Positions 1-9,644 of a stretch of DNA of 64,000 nucleotides are shown piece by piece. Position 1 is the stretch's first letter, and the number at the start of each line of letters is the position of its first letter. Position numbers and translations under genes: made by a program. Below the pieces are notes generated by a model. The model was given only the letters and a program-made list of their open reading frames with translations, did not search any database and was not told the DNA's origin. The DNA is from Candidatus Eiseniibacteriota bacterium (GTDB lineage: Bacteria > Eisenbacteria > RBG-16-71-46 > CAZAMP01): the NCBI GenBank assembly GCA_965224245.1, contig OZ245046.1, forward strand, positions 5,792,001 to 5,856,000, in the 5' to 3' direction.

Positions 1-1
1 G

Positions 2-1471
2 CCAGCCCCCGGCGAAGAGCGTGCCGTCACTCGCTTCGTAGAGCGTGGTGACGCTGCTCGTCATCGCGGCGAGATCGTCCTCCAGCACCCAGACTCCGGG
101 GGGACCGCCGCTGGTGTCGAGCTCGTAGATGGCCGGGTCGGGAGACACCCCGGCCAGAATGCGTCCGTCGGACGTCTCCAGGAGGGCGCGAACCGCGGTG
201 GCGCCCGCGATGTCGCCGGTCGGGAGCCACGTGTCCCCCCGGTTCAGCGAGACCCAGACGTCGCCGTCCGGGTACGTGCCGACGTAGAGGCGGCCGTCGC
301 TCGACGCGAGCACGGAGTACGCGATGCGCGGTGAGCCCGGGATCGCGGCGGTCACGGACCAGGTCGCGCCGTCGTCTTCGGAGCGATGGACCGCCGCCGG
401 ATACGTCGCCGCGTAGAGGGTTCCGTCGGCGTCCACGTCGAGACGGTACACGTTCCACGCGTTCTGGAGATTCCCGAGGAGCTCCCAGCTCGCCGGTCCG
501 GTTCCGACGGAATCCGGCTGCGGGACGAGCCCCCGGAGCGCGACCCAGATGTCCTCGGCGCCGCGCGCGCCTTCGAACGTCTCGGACGACATGTAGAACC
601 GGTCGCCGTCCAGCGAGAGATAGGCCGTACACGCCGGGCGGTCCACGTTCAGCATCGGGCCCACGTTGACCGGCGTGGACCACCCGGACACCGGGCCCTG
701 CCAGTCGCTGACCCACAGGTCGACGCCACCGAAGCCACCGCTCCGCAAGCCGCCGAAGTCAGAGAAGAACAGCTGGGTATCGTCCCTCGAGATGTACGGC
801 CGAACCTCCGAGGTCGTCGCCCCGTTGACGGCGCCGGGAACGGCGCCGAGCTCGATCCAGGCGTCGATCGCACCGCTCGGTGCGCGCCGCGCGTGGTAGA
901 TGTCGTTCGCGCCGGAGTACTTGCAGTAGTACAGGTGCAAGCCGTCCTGACTCAGACAGGGATCGAACCCGGTGAGGACGGCCACCGGATCGCTCCAGTC
1001 GCCGGCGGTCCGGATGCTGTAGTAGATCTCGCTGCCCCGTCCGAAGAACAACGTGTCGCCCTCGGCGGTGGTCGTCGGGCGTCGCTCGCCCTCGGACGTG
1101 TTTATCCTGGGACCGAGGTTGGTGACCGGCCCCCAGTCGCCGGTCGTCGTGTCCTTCTCGGCGTGGTAGATGTCCCACTCGCCGCCCCACGCCTCGAAGC
1201 CGGCGTCGGCGGGTCCGTAGGTCCCGCTGTGTCGGATGAAGAAGATCTCGGTCTCGTCGGCGGTCAGCCACGGGTTGCAATCCGAGTCGTAGTTGGAGAT
1301 CGGCACGCTGATCGGATGACCGAAGTCGTCGCCGAAGAACGTCCCACGGCGGTCGGTGGGCGATGCGGGCGCGTCGCCCGAGACGTCCGTGCCGTCGGGG
1401 CAGGCGGTGGCGACGCAGGCCAGCCCGGCCAACGCGAGCGCCATCGCGGCGAGTGAGTCGATCCGGCTCAA
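2..1471 (-). CDS. Secreted beta-propeller protein (PD40/TolB-like repeats followed by BNR-like repeats), 3' end runs off the window
   Basis: Not in the ORF track. Hand translation: GAGGAGG then TTG at 1471, hydrophobic N-terminus (ALALAGLACVATAC), repeats such as NPWLTADETEIFF, WDIYHAE and WGPVTNLGPRINT. Both ends read open in the same frame (SSVTTLYEASDGTLFAGGW at the left edge). Confidence 0.75.
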   Translation of the reverse strand, partial: MSRIDSLAAMALALAGLACVATACPDGTDVSGDAPASPTDRRGTFFGDDFGHPISVPISNYDSDCNPWLTADETEIFFIRHSGTYGPADAGFEAWGGEWDIYHAEKDTTTGDWGPVTNLGPRINTSEGERRPTTTAEGDTLFFGRGSEIYYSIRTAGDWSDPVAVLTGFDPCLSQDGLHLYYCKYSGANDIYHARRAPSGAIDAWIELGAVPGAVNGATTSEVRPYISRDDTQLFFSDFGGLRSGGFGGVDLWVSDWQGPVSGWSTPVNVGPMLNVDRPACTAYLSLDGDRFYMSSETFEGARGAEDIWVALRGLVPQPDSVGTGPASWELLGNLQNAWNVYRLDVDADGTLYAATYPAAVHRSEDDGATWSVTAAIPGSPRIAYSVLASSDGRLYVGTYPDGDVWVSLNRGDTWLPTGDIAGATAVRALLETSDGRILAGVSPDPAIYELDTSGGPPGVWVLEDDLAAMTSSVTTLYEASDGTLFAGGW

Positions 1472-1661
1472 GATGCGCCTCCTCGGGTGGATCGTGTGGG
1501 CGGTCGCGATCCCCCCGCCGCCGGCGGTGCGATCTCACCCAGCCGTGACACAAGGATACGCGACCGGCCGCCACCGCTCCAACGGCAGGCGTGCGCCGGG
1601 ACCGTCCCGCGGGTACTCTCCTCAGGGCGGGTCGGTGGACGGCCGCCCAGGAGGAGGCCGC

Positions 1662-2153
1662 GTGACCGCCCGAGACGTGATCGAGCTGCTGCGGCTCGAG
1701 GCCCACCCCGCCGAAGGCAGCTTCTTTCGCGAGACGTACCGATCCCGGGGGAGCTGTCACCCGGGCTCGCCGTTCGCCGGCGAGCGTGCGCTCGGCACCG
1801 CGATCTACTATCTCCTCACGTCCGGGACCTGCTCGGCGATGCATCGCCTTCCCGGCGACGAGATCTTCCACTTCTACCTCGGCGATCCGGTCGAGATGCT
1901 GATGCTGCACCCGGACGGATCGAGTGAGATCGTCGTGCTCGGGCCCGACCTCGGGCGGATGCGCGTACAGCACGTCGTGCCGGGAGGGGTGTGGCAGGGT
2001 GCGTGCGTGATTCCCGGCGGGAGCTGGGCGCTTCTCGGAACGACGATGGCGCCGGGGTTCGACTACGCGGACTACGAGACCGGCGACGCCGGGCTGCTGG
2101 CGTCTCATCCATCGCACCGGGACCGCATTGCGAAGCTGCTGCGGACGGTCTAG
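1662..2153 (+). CDS. Cupin_5 (DUF985) family protein
   Basis: GGAGGAGG then GTG at 1662; motifs LEAHPAEGSFFRETY, TAIYYLL, HRLPGDEIFHFYLG and TMAPGFDYADY. Confidence 0.9.
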   Translation: MTARDVIELLRLEAHPAEGSFFRETYRSRGSCHPGSPFAGERALGTAIYYLLTSGTCSAMHRLPGDEIFHFYLGDPVEMLMLHPDGSSEIVVLGPDLGRMRVQHVVPGGVWQGACVIPGGSWALLGTTMAPGFDYADYETGDAGLLASHPSHRDRIAKLLRTV

Positions 2154-2230
2154 TTTCGGGCCGCGCCGCGCCAAACGGCGCGGCGGGATCGACGGTCGTA
2201 CCGTCACATCGATGCACCGAGGATGAGCCG

Positions 2231-3328
2231 ATGGCGTCACCCGACGACGATGTCTTGCGTGAGCTACGCGACCAGATACGAGAGCTCGACCTCGAGCTGA
2301 TCGAGCGTGCGGCCCGACGCGTGGAGCTCGCGAGACGCCTCGGAGACGTCAAACGCCGACTGGACCTCCCCGTCGCCGACTACGCCCAGGAGCGACGCGT
2401 GCTCGACCGCGCCCGCACGGACGCCGCCCGTCTCGGCCTCGATTCCCGCGTCGCCGAGGATCTTCTCGCCGGGCTCATTCGCGCCGCGATCACGGTCCAG
2501 GACGAGGACCGGCTGCGCGGCGTCGCCGCCGGCGCCGGCCGCCGGGCGGTGGTCGTCGGCGGTGCCGGGCGCATGGGGCGCTGGCTGGATCGCTTCCTGG
2601 CCGCGCAGGGCTACCGCACGCACGTGCTCGACCCCGCACCGCACCCCGGTGGCGACGATCCCGCCGCGGCGCGCCGGGCGCTACCGGACGCGGACCTCGT
2701 CGTGTGCTGCACGCCGCCGATGGCGACCGTCTCGCTCTACGACGCATGGGTCGAGGCGCCCCCCTCCGGCGTGATCGTCGACATCGCCAGCATCAAGACG
2801 CCGCTCGTGGAGCCCATCCGGCGGCTCCAGCGGGCCGGCGGTCGCGTGGCGTCCATCCATCCCATGTTCGGACCGTCGATCGCGCTTCTTCGCGACGCCG
2901 ACGTCGTCGTCTGCGACACCGGCGATCACGACGCCGGCGCGGCCGTGGAGGCGCTGTTCGAGCCCACCGAGGCGCGGCTCGTGCGACTGCCCCTCGAGGA
3001 GCACGACCGTCTCATGGCCGATCTCCTGAGCCTGGCCCACGTCTCGGCGATCGCGTTCGCGCTGGCGTGTCCGCAGGACGAGCATCCGGTCCGGAGCACG
3101 ACCTTCCGGGCACTGGAGTCGCTCGCGGCCACCGTGGTGCGCGAGAGCCCCGACGTGTACTACGAGATCCAGGCCATGAACCCGCACTCGGCGGACGTCC
3201 TCGATCGACTGCGCGCGGCGCTCGATCGCATCGTCGAGGCGGTCGCGACACGCGACGCCGGCGCCTTCGCGACGCTCCTCGCCGATGGGCGGCGGCGGAC
3301 GCCGGACGTGCCGCCGGCCGCCGACTAG
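2231..3328 (+). CDS. tyrA: Bifunctional chorismate mutase / prephenate dehydrogenase
   Basis: N-terminal AroQ-type chorismate mutase (LRDQIRELDLELIE...RR...K); Rossmann motif VVGGAGRMG; DIASIK, HPMFGP and EEHDRLMA. Confidence 0.88.
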   Translation: MASPDDDVLRELRDQIRELDLELIERAARRVELARRLGDVKRRLDLPVADYAQERRVLDRARTDAARLGLDSRVAEDLLAGLIRAAITVQDEDRLRGVAAGAGRRAVVVGGAGRMGRWLDRFLAAQGYRTHVLDPAPHPGGDDPAAARRALPDADLVVCCTPPMATVSLYDAWVEAPPSGVIVDIASIKTPLVEPIRRLQRAGGRVASIHPMFGPSIALLRDADVVVCDTGDHDAGAAVEALFEPTEARLVRLPLEEHDRLMADLLSLAHVSAIAFALACPQDEHPVRSTTFRALESLAATVVRESPDVYYEIQAMNPHSADVLDRLRAALDRIVEAVATRDAGAFATLLADGRRRTPDVPPAAD

Positions 3329-3353
3329 CACGCAGCGCCGGGGGCGCCGGCGA

Positions 3354-6300
3354 TCACTTCAACAGCATCATCTTCCGGGCCAGGACCCGTCCGTCGCTGG
3401 TCAGGCGATACACGTAGACGCCGGATGGCACCTCGAGGCCGCGGTCGTCCCGGCCGTCCCAGGTCACGTGCCACTCGCCCGCCGAGTAGCGGGACTCCGT
3501 GAGCCGCCGGACCCGACGGCCCACCAGATCCAGCACGTCGAGCCGGACGTCGCCGGCATGGTCGAGCGAGAACGCGATCGTCGTCCGGGGATTGAACGGA
3601 TTGGGGCGGTTCTGGCCGAGCCGGAGCGACCGGGCATCCGGCACCTCGCTCGCATCCAGGAGCGCGCAGTCCGCCACGAACGGACCGGTGAGCGGCCCAG
3701 CGGCATCGGCGGCATCCACGGCCCGCAGCCAGTACGCGTACACGGTGCCGCCACCGAACGGGGGATCGTCGTACCACTGGAAGCCTGCCTCGGCAGGCTC
3801 GGCATCCACGGCGACACGGTCGATCAGCGTCAGCGGCGTGCCGGCGTCGTCCTCGCGGAACACCTCGACGTACTGCACCCGCTCGGGCTCCCCGGCCAGG
3901 TCGCGCACGTCGTCGTCCCAGTCGAGGCGCACGCTGGGACCGTCGAGACCGTCACCCGGCCGGGACAGGCACGTCGCGCCCGCGTCGACACCGCCGGGCT
4001 CGATGCAGTCCACCCGGTACTCCAGAATGCATCCACCCATGGGCTCGTCGGTCTGCGCGTTCACGAGCGTGAACGGCAGGTAGGCCGTCTCCCCGTGCTC
4101 GGCCATGGCCGCCGCCACGGCGACCCAGAGCTCGACCGGCTCGCACTCGAACAGATCGTACGGCCCCTCGTCGAACTGCACGTCCCAGCTCTCGGGCAGG
4201 ACCCAGTCGTCATACTCGGGATAGCTCCCGAGCCGTACGATCGCCGAACCGAACTGCTCGCCGCAGCCGAGCAGGTTGATCTTCGACACCTTCTCGAATC
4301 CACCCTCCCGGACGAGGGCTCTTTCGGCGCGTGAGCTCCCGGGGCGCACGACCAGGACCTGATGGTTCACCTGCGCGACGTTGTTGTCGTTGGGTGGAAA
4401 CTCGCTGGACTGGGTGTCGCCGAGGGTCGTGGCGATCGCGCCGATGCAGTAGTGATCCACGAACTCCGGCGTCGTGGGATAGACGAAGTCGATGAAGTTC
4501 TCCTCGAACCCGCCGGGAGCCACGAGGGGGATCACCCTCGACCCGATCAGCGTGCCGGTGGACGGGAAGTGAAGTCCCATGGCGGGGTCCGCGTAGTAGA
4601 GATCGACCTGGACGTTGGCGAGCGGGTCCGGCCCGTCGTTGTGCACGCGGAACCAGAGGTGGTTCGTGATCCCCTCGGCCGGGTGATCGTCGGCGCCGTC
4701 GTCGTCGTTGTCGATCCAGATGTCCGGGCTCGCCCACCATCGCCCGCAGGCCGAGAACTCGTTGCAGCCGTCCTCCTCGCAGTCGATCATGCACGCGTTC
4801 TCCGTGGAGGGGGTTCCCACCTCCACGTCCGCACAGATCCAGCCGGGCTCTCCCAGCTCGCCGCCCTCGCAGGAGTCGATCGCACGGATCCGCACGAGCG
4901 AATCGTCTCCCGAGTACGATCGGGTGTCGGGGATGCTCACGTCCGAGAACTCATCCTGGGTGCCGGGGCACCAGACATCCAGCTCGTCGCCGCGGTTGAC
5001 CTCCTGGTCGAGGTCGTCCGCATTGGCGGCGTGCGTGGCGTCCCAGCCGTCGGCGCACTCGACGTCGATGGCCTTGTGCGTCTCGTCCCCGTTGACGGTG
5101 TTGTCCCAGTACTCGGCGGCGTAGACCGCGTCGTCGACGTGGTAGATCACGAGACCCGGGGCGGGCACCTGGGCGTCGAAGCCGAGCGCCTGGCGGTTCT
5201 CCGCCACGAAGTACTCCGGCCCCATGCGACCGTATGTCCAGAGCCGGAGCGCGACCGGATACTCGACGACCGGCGGAATGCACAGCTGCTCCTGGTCGTG
5301 CGTGACGTTGAAGTAGGAGAGCCATCCGAGTCGCTCCTTCGTCCACGCCGTCATGTGCGCCGGGCTGTCCGGGGTGTTCCAGTTCCCGGCAGCCATCAAG
5401 CCCCAGTGACCGATGCCTTCGGACGGTCCGTTCATGTCGTCGGTGTCGTAGAGGTCGGGGATGTCCAGTGCGTGTCCGAACTCGTGCGCGAACGTGCCGA
5501 TCCCGGCGAGCGTCGACCCGTCACAGTCGAGGGCGCCGTAGATGAAGTAGCCGTTCACGCGGATGTTCGCCACGCCGGGCGCCATGGAGGGATCGTCGGT
5601 CTCGAACGAGCTCCCGGTCCACTGGTTGAGCGCCCACTGGTGGGCCCAGATGTTGCCTCCACCGGTCTCGCGACACGCGCCCTCGATCTCCGGATGGACG
5701 AACGCGATGAAGTCCACGTAGCCGTCGTCGTCTCCGGAGTTGGGGATGCCGTCCGGACCGTCGGTGTCGAACTGCCCGAAGTCGATCGCACCGTCGCGCG
5801 CGGCGAGCACCTCGACGATGAGCTCGTCGGTGCGGGCGGCGCCGGGGATCAGGCCGTTGGACGTGCCTTCGTAATACGTGTCGTTCTCGGAGAGCGTGAA
5901 CCAGGGATCCACCACGCCGTTGACCGAGTAGAGCCCGTACGAGACCTCCTGGTAGTAGTCCTTCAACGTGCCGGTGGGGTACGGTCCGTCGAAGAGCTGC
6001 GTCTGGATCTCCGCCGGCGTGAACGGCTCGGACTCCGTGTTCGCGAACAGGACGGGGAACACCGGCACCTGACCGCTGCCCGTCACACGGGTACCACCGC
6101 GCGCCTCGGCCTCGGCCGGCGTGATCTCACCCCGGGCGAGCGCGAGCCGATTGGCGCGCGTGCGTCTCGCAGTCTCGACGTAGCCCCACGGAGACCGCGG
6201 CCCGGTCTCTGGGAGCGACATCGCCTCGAGAACGTGGTCGGGGAGCGGGCGTTCCCGCGGCAGCCGGCAGATTCGCGGTCCGGCGAGGGTGGGAACGGCG

Positions 6301-6365
6301 GTGGCGCCGAGGAGAAGAGTGGCGACGATCGTGCGGATCGCACCGCGCGAGATCGGCTGATACAT
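3354..6365 (-). CDS. M6 (immune inhibitor A-like) metalloprotease with C-terminal FlgD-Ig/T9SS-like domain
   Basis: DYYQEVSYG, GTFAHEFGHALDIPDLYD, WGLMAAGNW and PAHMTAWTKERLGW; C-terminus QNRPNPFNPRTTI...WDGRDDRG...SGVYVYRL...RKMMLLK. Start inferred from GGAGG before ATG 6365. Confidence 0.9.
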   Translation of the reverse strand: MYQPISRGAIRTIVATLLLGATAVPTLAGPRICRLPRERPLPDHVLEAMSLPETGPRSPWGYVETARRTRANRLALARGEITPAEAEARGGTRVTGSGQVPVFPVLFANTESEPFTPAEIQTQLFDGPYPTGTLKDYYQEVSYGLYSVNGVVDPWFTLSENDTYYEGTSNGLIPGAARTDELIVEVLAARDGAIDFGQFDTDGPDGIPNSGDDDGYVDFIAFVHPEIEGACRETGGGNIWAHQWALNQWTGSSFETDDPSMAPGVANIRVNGYFIYGALDCDGSTLAGIGTFAHEFGHALDIPDLYDTDDMNGPSEGIGHWGLMAAGNWNTPDSPAHMTAWTKERLGWLSYFNVTHDQEQLCIPPVVEYPVALRLWTYGRMGPEYFVAENRQALGFDAQVPAPGLVIYHVDDAVYAAEYWDNTVNGDETHKAIDVECADGWDATHAANADDLDQEVNRGDELDVWCPGTQDEFSDVSIPDTRSYSGDDSLVRIRAIDSCEGGELGEPGWICADVEVGTPSTENACMIDCEEDGCNEFSACGRWWASPDIWIDNDDDGADDHPAEGITNHLWFRVHNDGPDPLANVQVDLYYADPAMGLHFPSTGTLIGSRVIPLVAPGGFEENFIDFVYPTTPEFVDHYCIGAIATTLGDTQSSEFPPNDNNVAQVNHQVLVVRPGSSRAERALVREGGFEKVSKINLLGCGEQFGSAIVRLGSYPEYDDWVLPESWDVQFDEGPYDLFECEPVELWVAVAAAMAEHGETAYLPFTLVNAQTDEPMGGCILEYRVDCIEPGGVDAGATCLSRPGDGLDGPSVRLDWDDDVRDLAGEPERVQYVEVFREDDAGTPLTLIDRVAVDAEPAEAGFQWYDDPPFGGGTVYAYWLRAVDAADAAGPLTGPFVADCALLDASEVPDARSLRLGQNRPNPFNPRTTIAFSLDHAGDVRLDVLDLVGRRVRRLTESRYSAGEWHVTWDGRDDRGLEVPSGVYVYRLTSDGRVLARKMMLLK

Positions 6366-6477
6366 CCATGGCCTCCCGATGTGACGGCTGATATCAGGGC
6401 TTCTCACACCGGTCGCTCGACGGCTGGAGGTGTGACCGGGGTGGGCCGTCAGAATCGAGAAACTCTCGGGCAAGAGA

Positions 6478-6501
6478 ACGGGGCGGCCAGGGCCGCCCCG
6501 T
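6478..6501 (-). terminator. Probable intrinsic terminator downstream of the S8 protease
   Basis: ACGGGGCGGC/GCCGCCCCGT perfect stem followed on the minus strand by a pyrimidine-rich tail (TCTCTT). Confidence 0.55.
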
Positions 6502-6529
6502 GAGGATCGGGATGTGGACGCGTCGGTCG

Positions 6530-9439
6530 CTACTTGAGGAGCGTCACGCGCTCCCGGAACTCACCGCTCTCGGTGGAGAGCCGGACGAAGTACACACCGC
6601 TGGAGAGCGCCGTACCGTCTCCCGCCGTGCCTTCCCACGAGAACGCGTAGCGTCCGGCCGCCTGCCGGCCCTGGACGAGCGTGGCCACGAGACGGCCGTT
6701 CGCGGCGAAGACCTCGAGCGACACCTCCGACGGGGTCGACAGGGCGTACTCGATCGACGTGTGCGGGTTGAACGGGTTGGGGCTCACCGCGGTGAGGCCG
6801 GTCGGCGGGCCCAGGATCGTCGTGGCGTCGTCGACACCGACGATCTCGCCATCGAACGTCTCGATCAGCACGTCGTCGATGGCGCTCTCGGTGAGCGAGT
6901 TGTTGGGATCGTCACACACGTGGAAGCGCAGGCGCATGTCGCTGGTGAGCGGCAGGATCTGGCACACGTTGATCCGGGCCTCGGTCCACGCGCCCACCGT
7001 GGAGGTCAGGCGCTCGAGCGGCATCCACGTGGCACCGCCGTCGTTGGAGATGTCGGCCTCGAAGACGTCGTCGTCGGGAACCGAGCCGCGGTTGTACCAC
7101 CAGCGCCAGTACGAGACGCGGGCGTCGGCGGCCCCGGACATGTCGAAGACGGGGGACGTGAGCGTGGTGCACCCGTCGTCCACGTCGTTGTCGCCGGCTC
7201 CGCTTCCGAAGAGGCCGGTCACGAAGCAGTCGGTGCCGAGCGGCGTGTGATCGTCCTCGGGCTGAACCTGATCCCCGCCGGAAGTCGTGCCCTGCGGATC
7301 ACCCCGCTCCCAGACACCGGTGGTGGCGGTGTCGCCGGGATCACCGAGGATCCAGCCGGTGTCCGACTCGACGTCGTCGGTGAACACCGTGACGGCGCTG
7401 GACACCGTGATGCGACGGGTGACCGCGGGGGCGCCCACCGGGTCCGTGGCGACGTTCCCGTTCGCGTCGGACGCGCTGATGTAGAAGTCGATCTCGGTCC
7501 CGAGCGGCTGCCCCGGGATCGCGAACGAGTGAACGTCACCCTCGACCGATGCGCCGGCGGCCAGGAACTCGCCACCGTCGACGCTGTACAGCAGCTCGGT
7601 CTCGACGAACACGAGATCATCGGTGATCGTGGCCGAGACCCAGTACGGGCCCAGCACGCCGTCGGTCGCGCACGGCTGTGCGACGTCGGTGATCGTGGGT
7701 GGCGTCGAGTCGAGCGGATTCGGGTCGAGCGCGAAGTCCTGGACGGTCGCGGCCGATTCGACGACGGCGACGTCGGTGGCCAGCCCGTCCAGGAAGGCGG
7801 GGTGGGTGACGCGGACCGTGTACGTTCCGGCGGTCAGGTAGCTCGCGTAGTGACCGTCGGCGTCGGTGTCGATCGTGCGGGCCGCCTCGACGATCTCGAC
7901 CACCGCGCCGGGTACGGGGGTGCCGGTATCGGCGTGCGTGACCGTTCCCTCTATCGAGCCGATGCCTTCCAGCGCCTGGCTGACCGCCTCGTACGCGTCG
8001 ACGAAGCCGTTCCCGTAGCCGTTGTCCTCTCCGGCGGGCCCGAAGTCGATCGCCGTGTCGTGGATGAGCTGCTTGACCGCGTCGACGGTCAGGTCCGGGT
8101 TGGCCGAGCGAATCAGCGCCGCGAGGCCGGTCACGTGGGGGCCCGACATCGACGTGCCGCTGAGGAACCCGTAGCCGCCCGGGACGCTGGACCAGACGTC
8201 GACGCCGGGCGCGCACACCTCGGGCTTGATCGTCGATCCGTCGCACCCCGACGGTCCACGGCTGGAGAAGCTGGCGATCGGGTACGGGTAGCCGAAGTTG
8301 GTCGCGTCGACGGCGCCGATCGAGAAGCTCGTCAGCGGCGTCGCGATGCGATCGGCGGGGGAGCCGATGGTCTCGGAGCCGGGACCCTCGTTCCCGGCCG
8401 ACCAGATGGAGATGACGCCGGCCGCGCTGGCGTTGTCGATGGCCGCGTTCCATCGACCGTCGCAGTCGCTGTACCCCGAGAAGCTCTCGTTCACCCGCCA
8501 GGAGTTCTGGACGACGTCCGGAACGTCGTCGCTCGTGCCGGGGTCGCCGTCGGGATCGGCGAACCACTGATACGAGTCGATGATGTCGTTGTCGAGCTCG
8601 GACCCGCCGCCCTGGCCGATGGCGTTGGAGGCGATCCACTGGGCACCGTAGGCCACGCCGATCGAGTCCCCCGCGGCGGAGAGGCCGGTGATCGTCCCCA
8701 TCACGTGAGAGCCGTGCGAGCCCGAGTCCCACGGAAAGGTCGTGGAGCCGCTGCCGAGCACGTTGAGCCACGACTCGGCCGCGCTCGCCCCGTTCGCGCC
8801 GCGCCAGCGATCGGCGAGCGCCGGGTGCGTGCCGTCCACACCGGTATCGCAGTTCGCGACGATGACGCCCTCGCCGGTGATGCCGAGCTCGTTCCACACG
8901 CGCGGCACGTTCATCGCGCGGAGGCCCGGCGTGGAGCCGCTACCACCGCGGAGACCGGCGCCGTCCTCGCCCGAGGGCGTGAAGCCGCCGACCGGCTCGA
9001 TCAGGCTGACCGTGAAGTTCGGATCGACGAACGAGACGTCGTCGCGGTCGGCGATCCGGCGAATGGCATCGGTGGTGCCCTTCACGACGATCGCGCTCAC
9101 GATCCAGTAACGGGTGTAGCCTTCGATGGCGCCGGAGATCGCCATCAGGTCCAGCTCGGCCGCGAGGGGCTCCTGCGCGGTCGCCGCGGACTGGAGCGCG
9201 CCGACGACCGTCTGGTGACGTTCGGCCCGTTTCGCGCTCGAAAGGGTCAGGGATCGATCGATCGCCGCGATGTCGGCCTGGTCGGCCATGTAGACGATGA
9301 CGGACGTCATCTCGGTCGCGGACTTCGCCGCCAGAGCGTCCTCCAGCGCGGGATGCAGCTGACCGGCGAACGCCGTGGACGCACTCAGCGCCAGCGTTGC
9401 GGTGATCGTCGAAAGAACCGGGACGCACCTGGGCTTCAC
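6530..9439 (-). CDS. S8 subtilisin-family serine protease with carboxypeptidase-regulatory-like domain and FlgD-Ig/T9SS-like C-terminus
   Basis: Triad motifs NCDTGVD, HGSHVMG and GTSMSGPHV; SAGNEG; FSSRGP; signal peptide; PNPFNP...SGVYFVRL...VTLLK; GAGGAGG before GTG 9439. Confidence 0.92.
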   Translation of the reverse strand: MKPRCVPVLSTITATLALSASTAFAGQLHPALEDALAAKSATEMTSVIVYMADQADIAAIDRSLTLSSAKRAERHQTVVGALQSAATAQEPLAAELDLMAISGAIEGYTRYWIVSAIVVKGTTDAIRRIADRDDVSFVDPNFTVSLIEPVGGFTPSGEDGAGLRGGSGSTPGLRAMNVPRVWNELGITGEGVIVANCDTGVDGTHPALADRWRGANGASAAESWLNVLGSGSTTFPWDSGSHGSHVMGTITGLSAAGDSIGVAYGAQWIASNAIGQGGGSELDNDIIDSYQWFADPDGDPGTSDDVPDVVQNSWRVNESFSGYSDCDGRWNAAIDNASAAGVISIWSAGNEGPGSETIGSPADRIATPLTSFSIGAVDATNFGYPYPIASFSSRGPSGCDGSTIKPEVCAPGVDVWSSVPGGYGFLSGTSMSGPHVTGLAALIRSANPDLTVDAVKQLIHDTAIDFGPAGEDNGYGNGFVDAYEAVSQALEGIGSIEGTVTHADTGTPVPGAVVEIVEAARTIDTDADGHYASYLTAGTYTVRVTHPAFLDGLATDVAVVESAATVQDFALDPNPLDSTPPTITDVAQPCATDGVLGPYWVSATITDDLVFVETELLYSVDGGEFLAAGASVEGDVHSFAIPGQPLGTEIDFYISASDANGNVATDPVGAPAVTRRITVSSAVTVFTDDVESDTGWILGDPGDTATTGVWERGDPQGTTSGGDQVQPEDDHTPLGTDCFVTGLFGSGAGDNDVDDGCTTLTSPVFDMSGAADARVSYWRWWYNRGSVPDDDVFEADISNDGGATWMPLERLTSTVGAWTEARINVCQILPLTSDMRLRFHVCDDPNNSLTESAIDDVLIETFDGEIVGVDDATTILGPPTGLTAVSPNPFNPHTSIEYALSTPSEVSLEVFAANGRLVATLVQGRQAAGRYAFSWEGTAGDGTALSSGVYFVRLSTESGEFRERVTLLK

Positions 9440-9644
9440 GCGGGACCTCCTCGTGGGGAACTCGATCGCGAGACGGGGTATCGGAAGAGTGTAACACGGT
9501 CTCCAGGGGAACGCGCCGGCTTCGGGAAGCACGACCGGCCCTCGTCGTCGATCGGGTGCGGAACCGGGCGCGAGAACGGCCGCGCCTCACCGGAACGTGA
9601 GACGCGGCCGCGTCGTCGAAACAACGTGCCTCCGAAGCGCGTCG

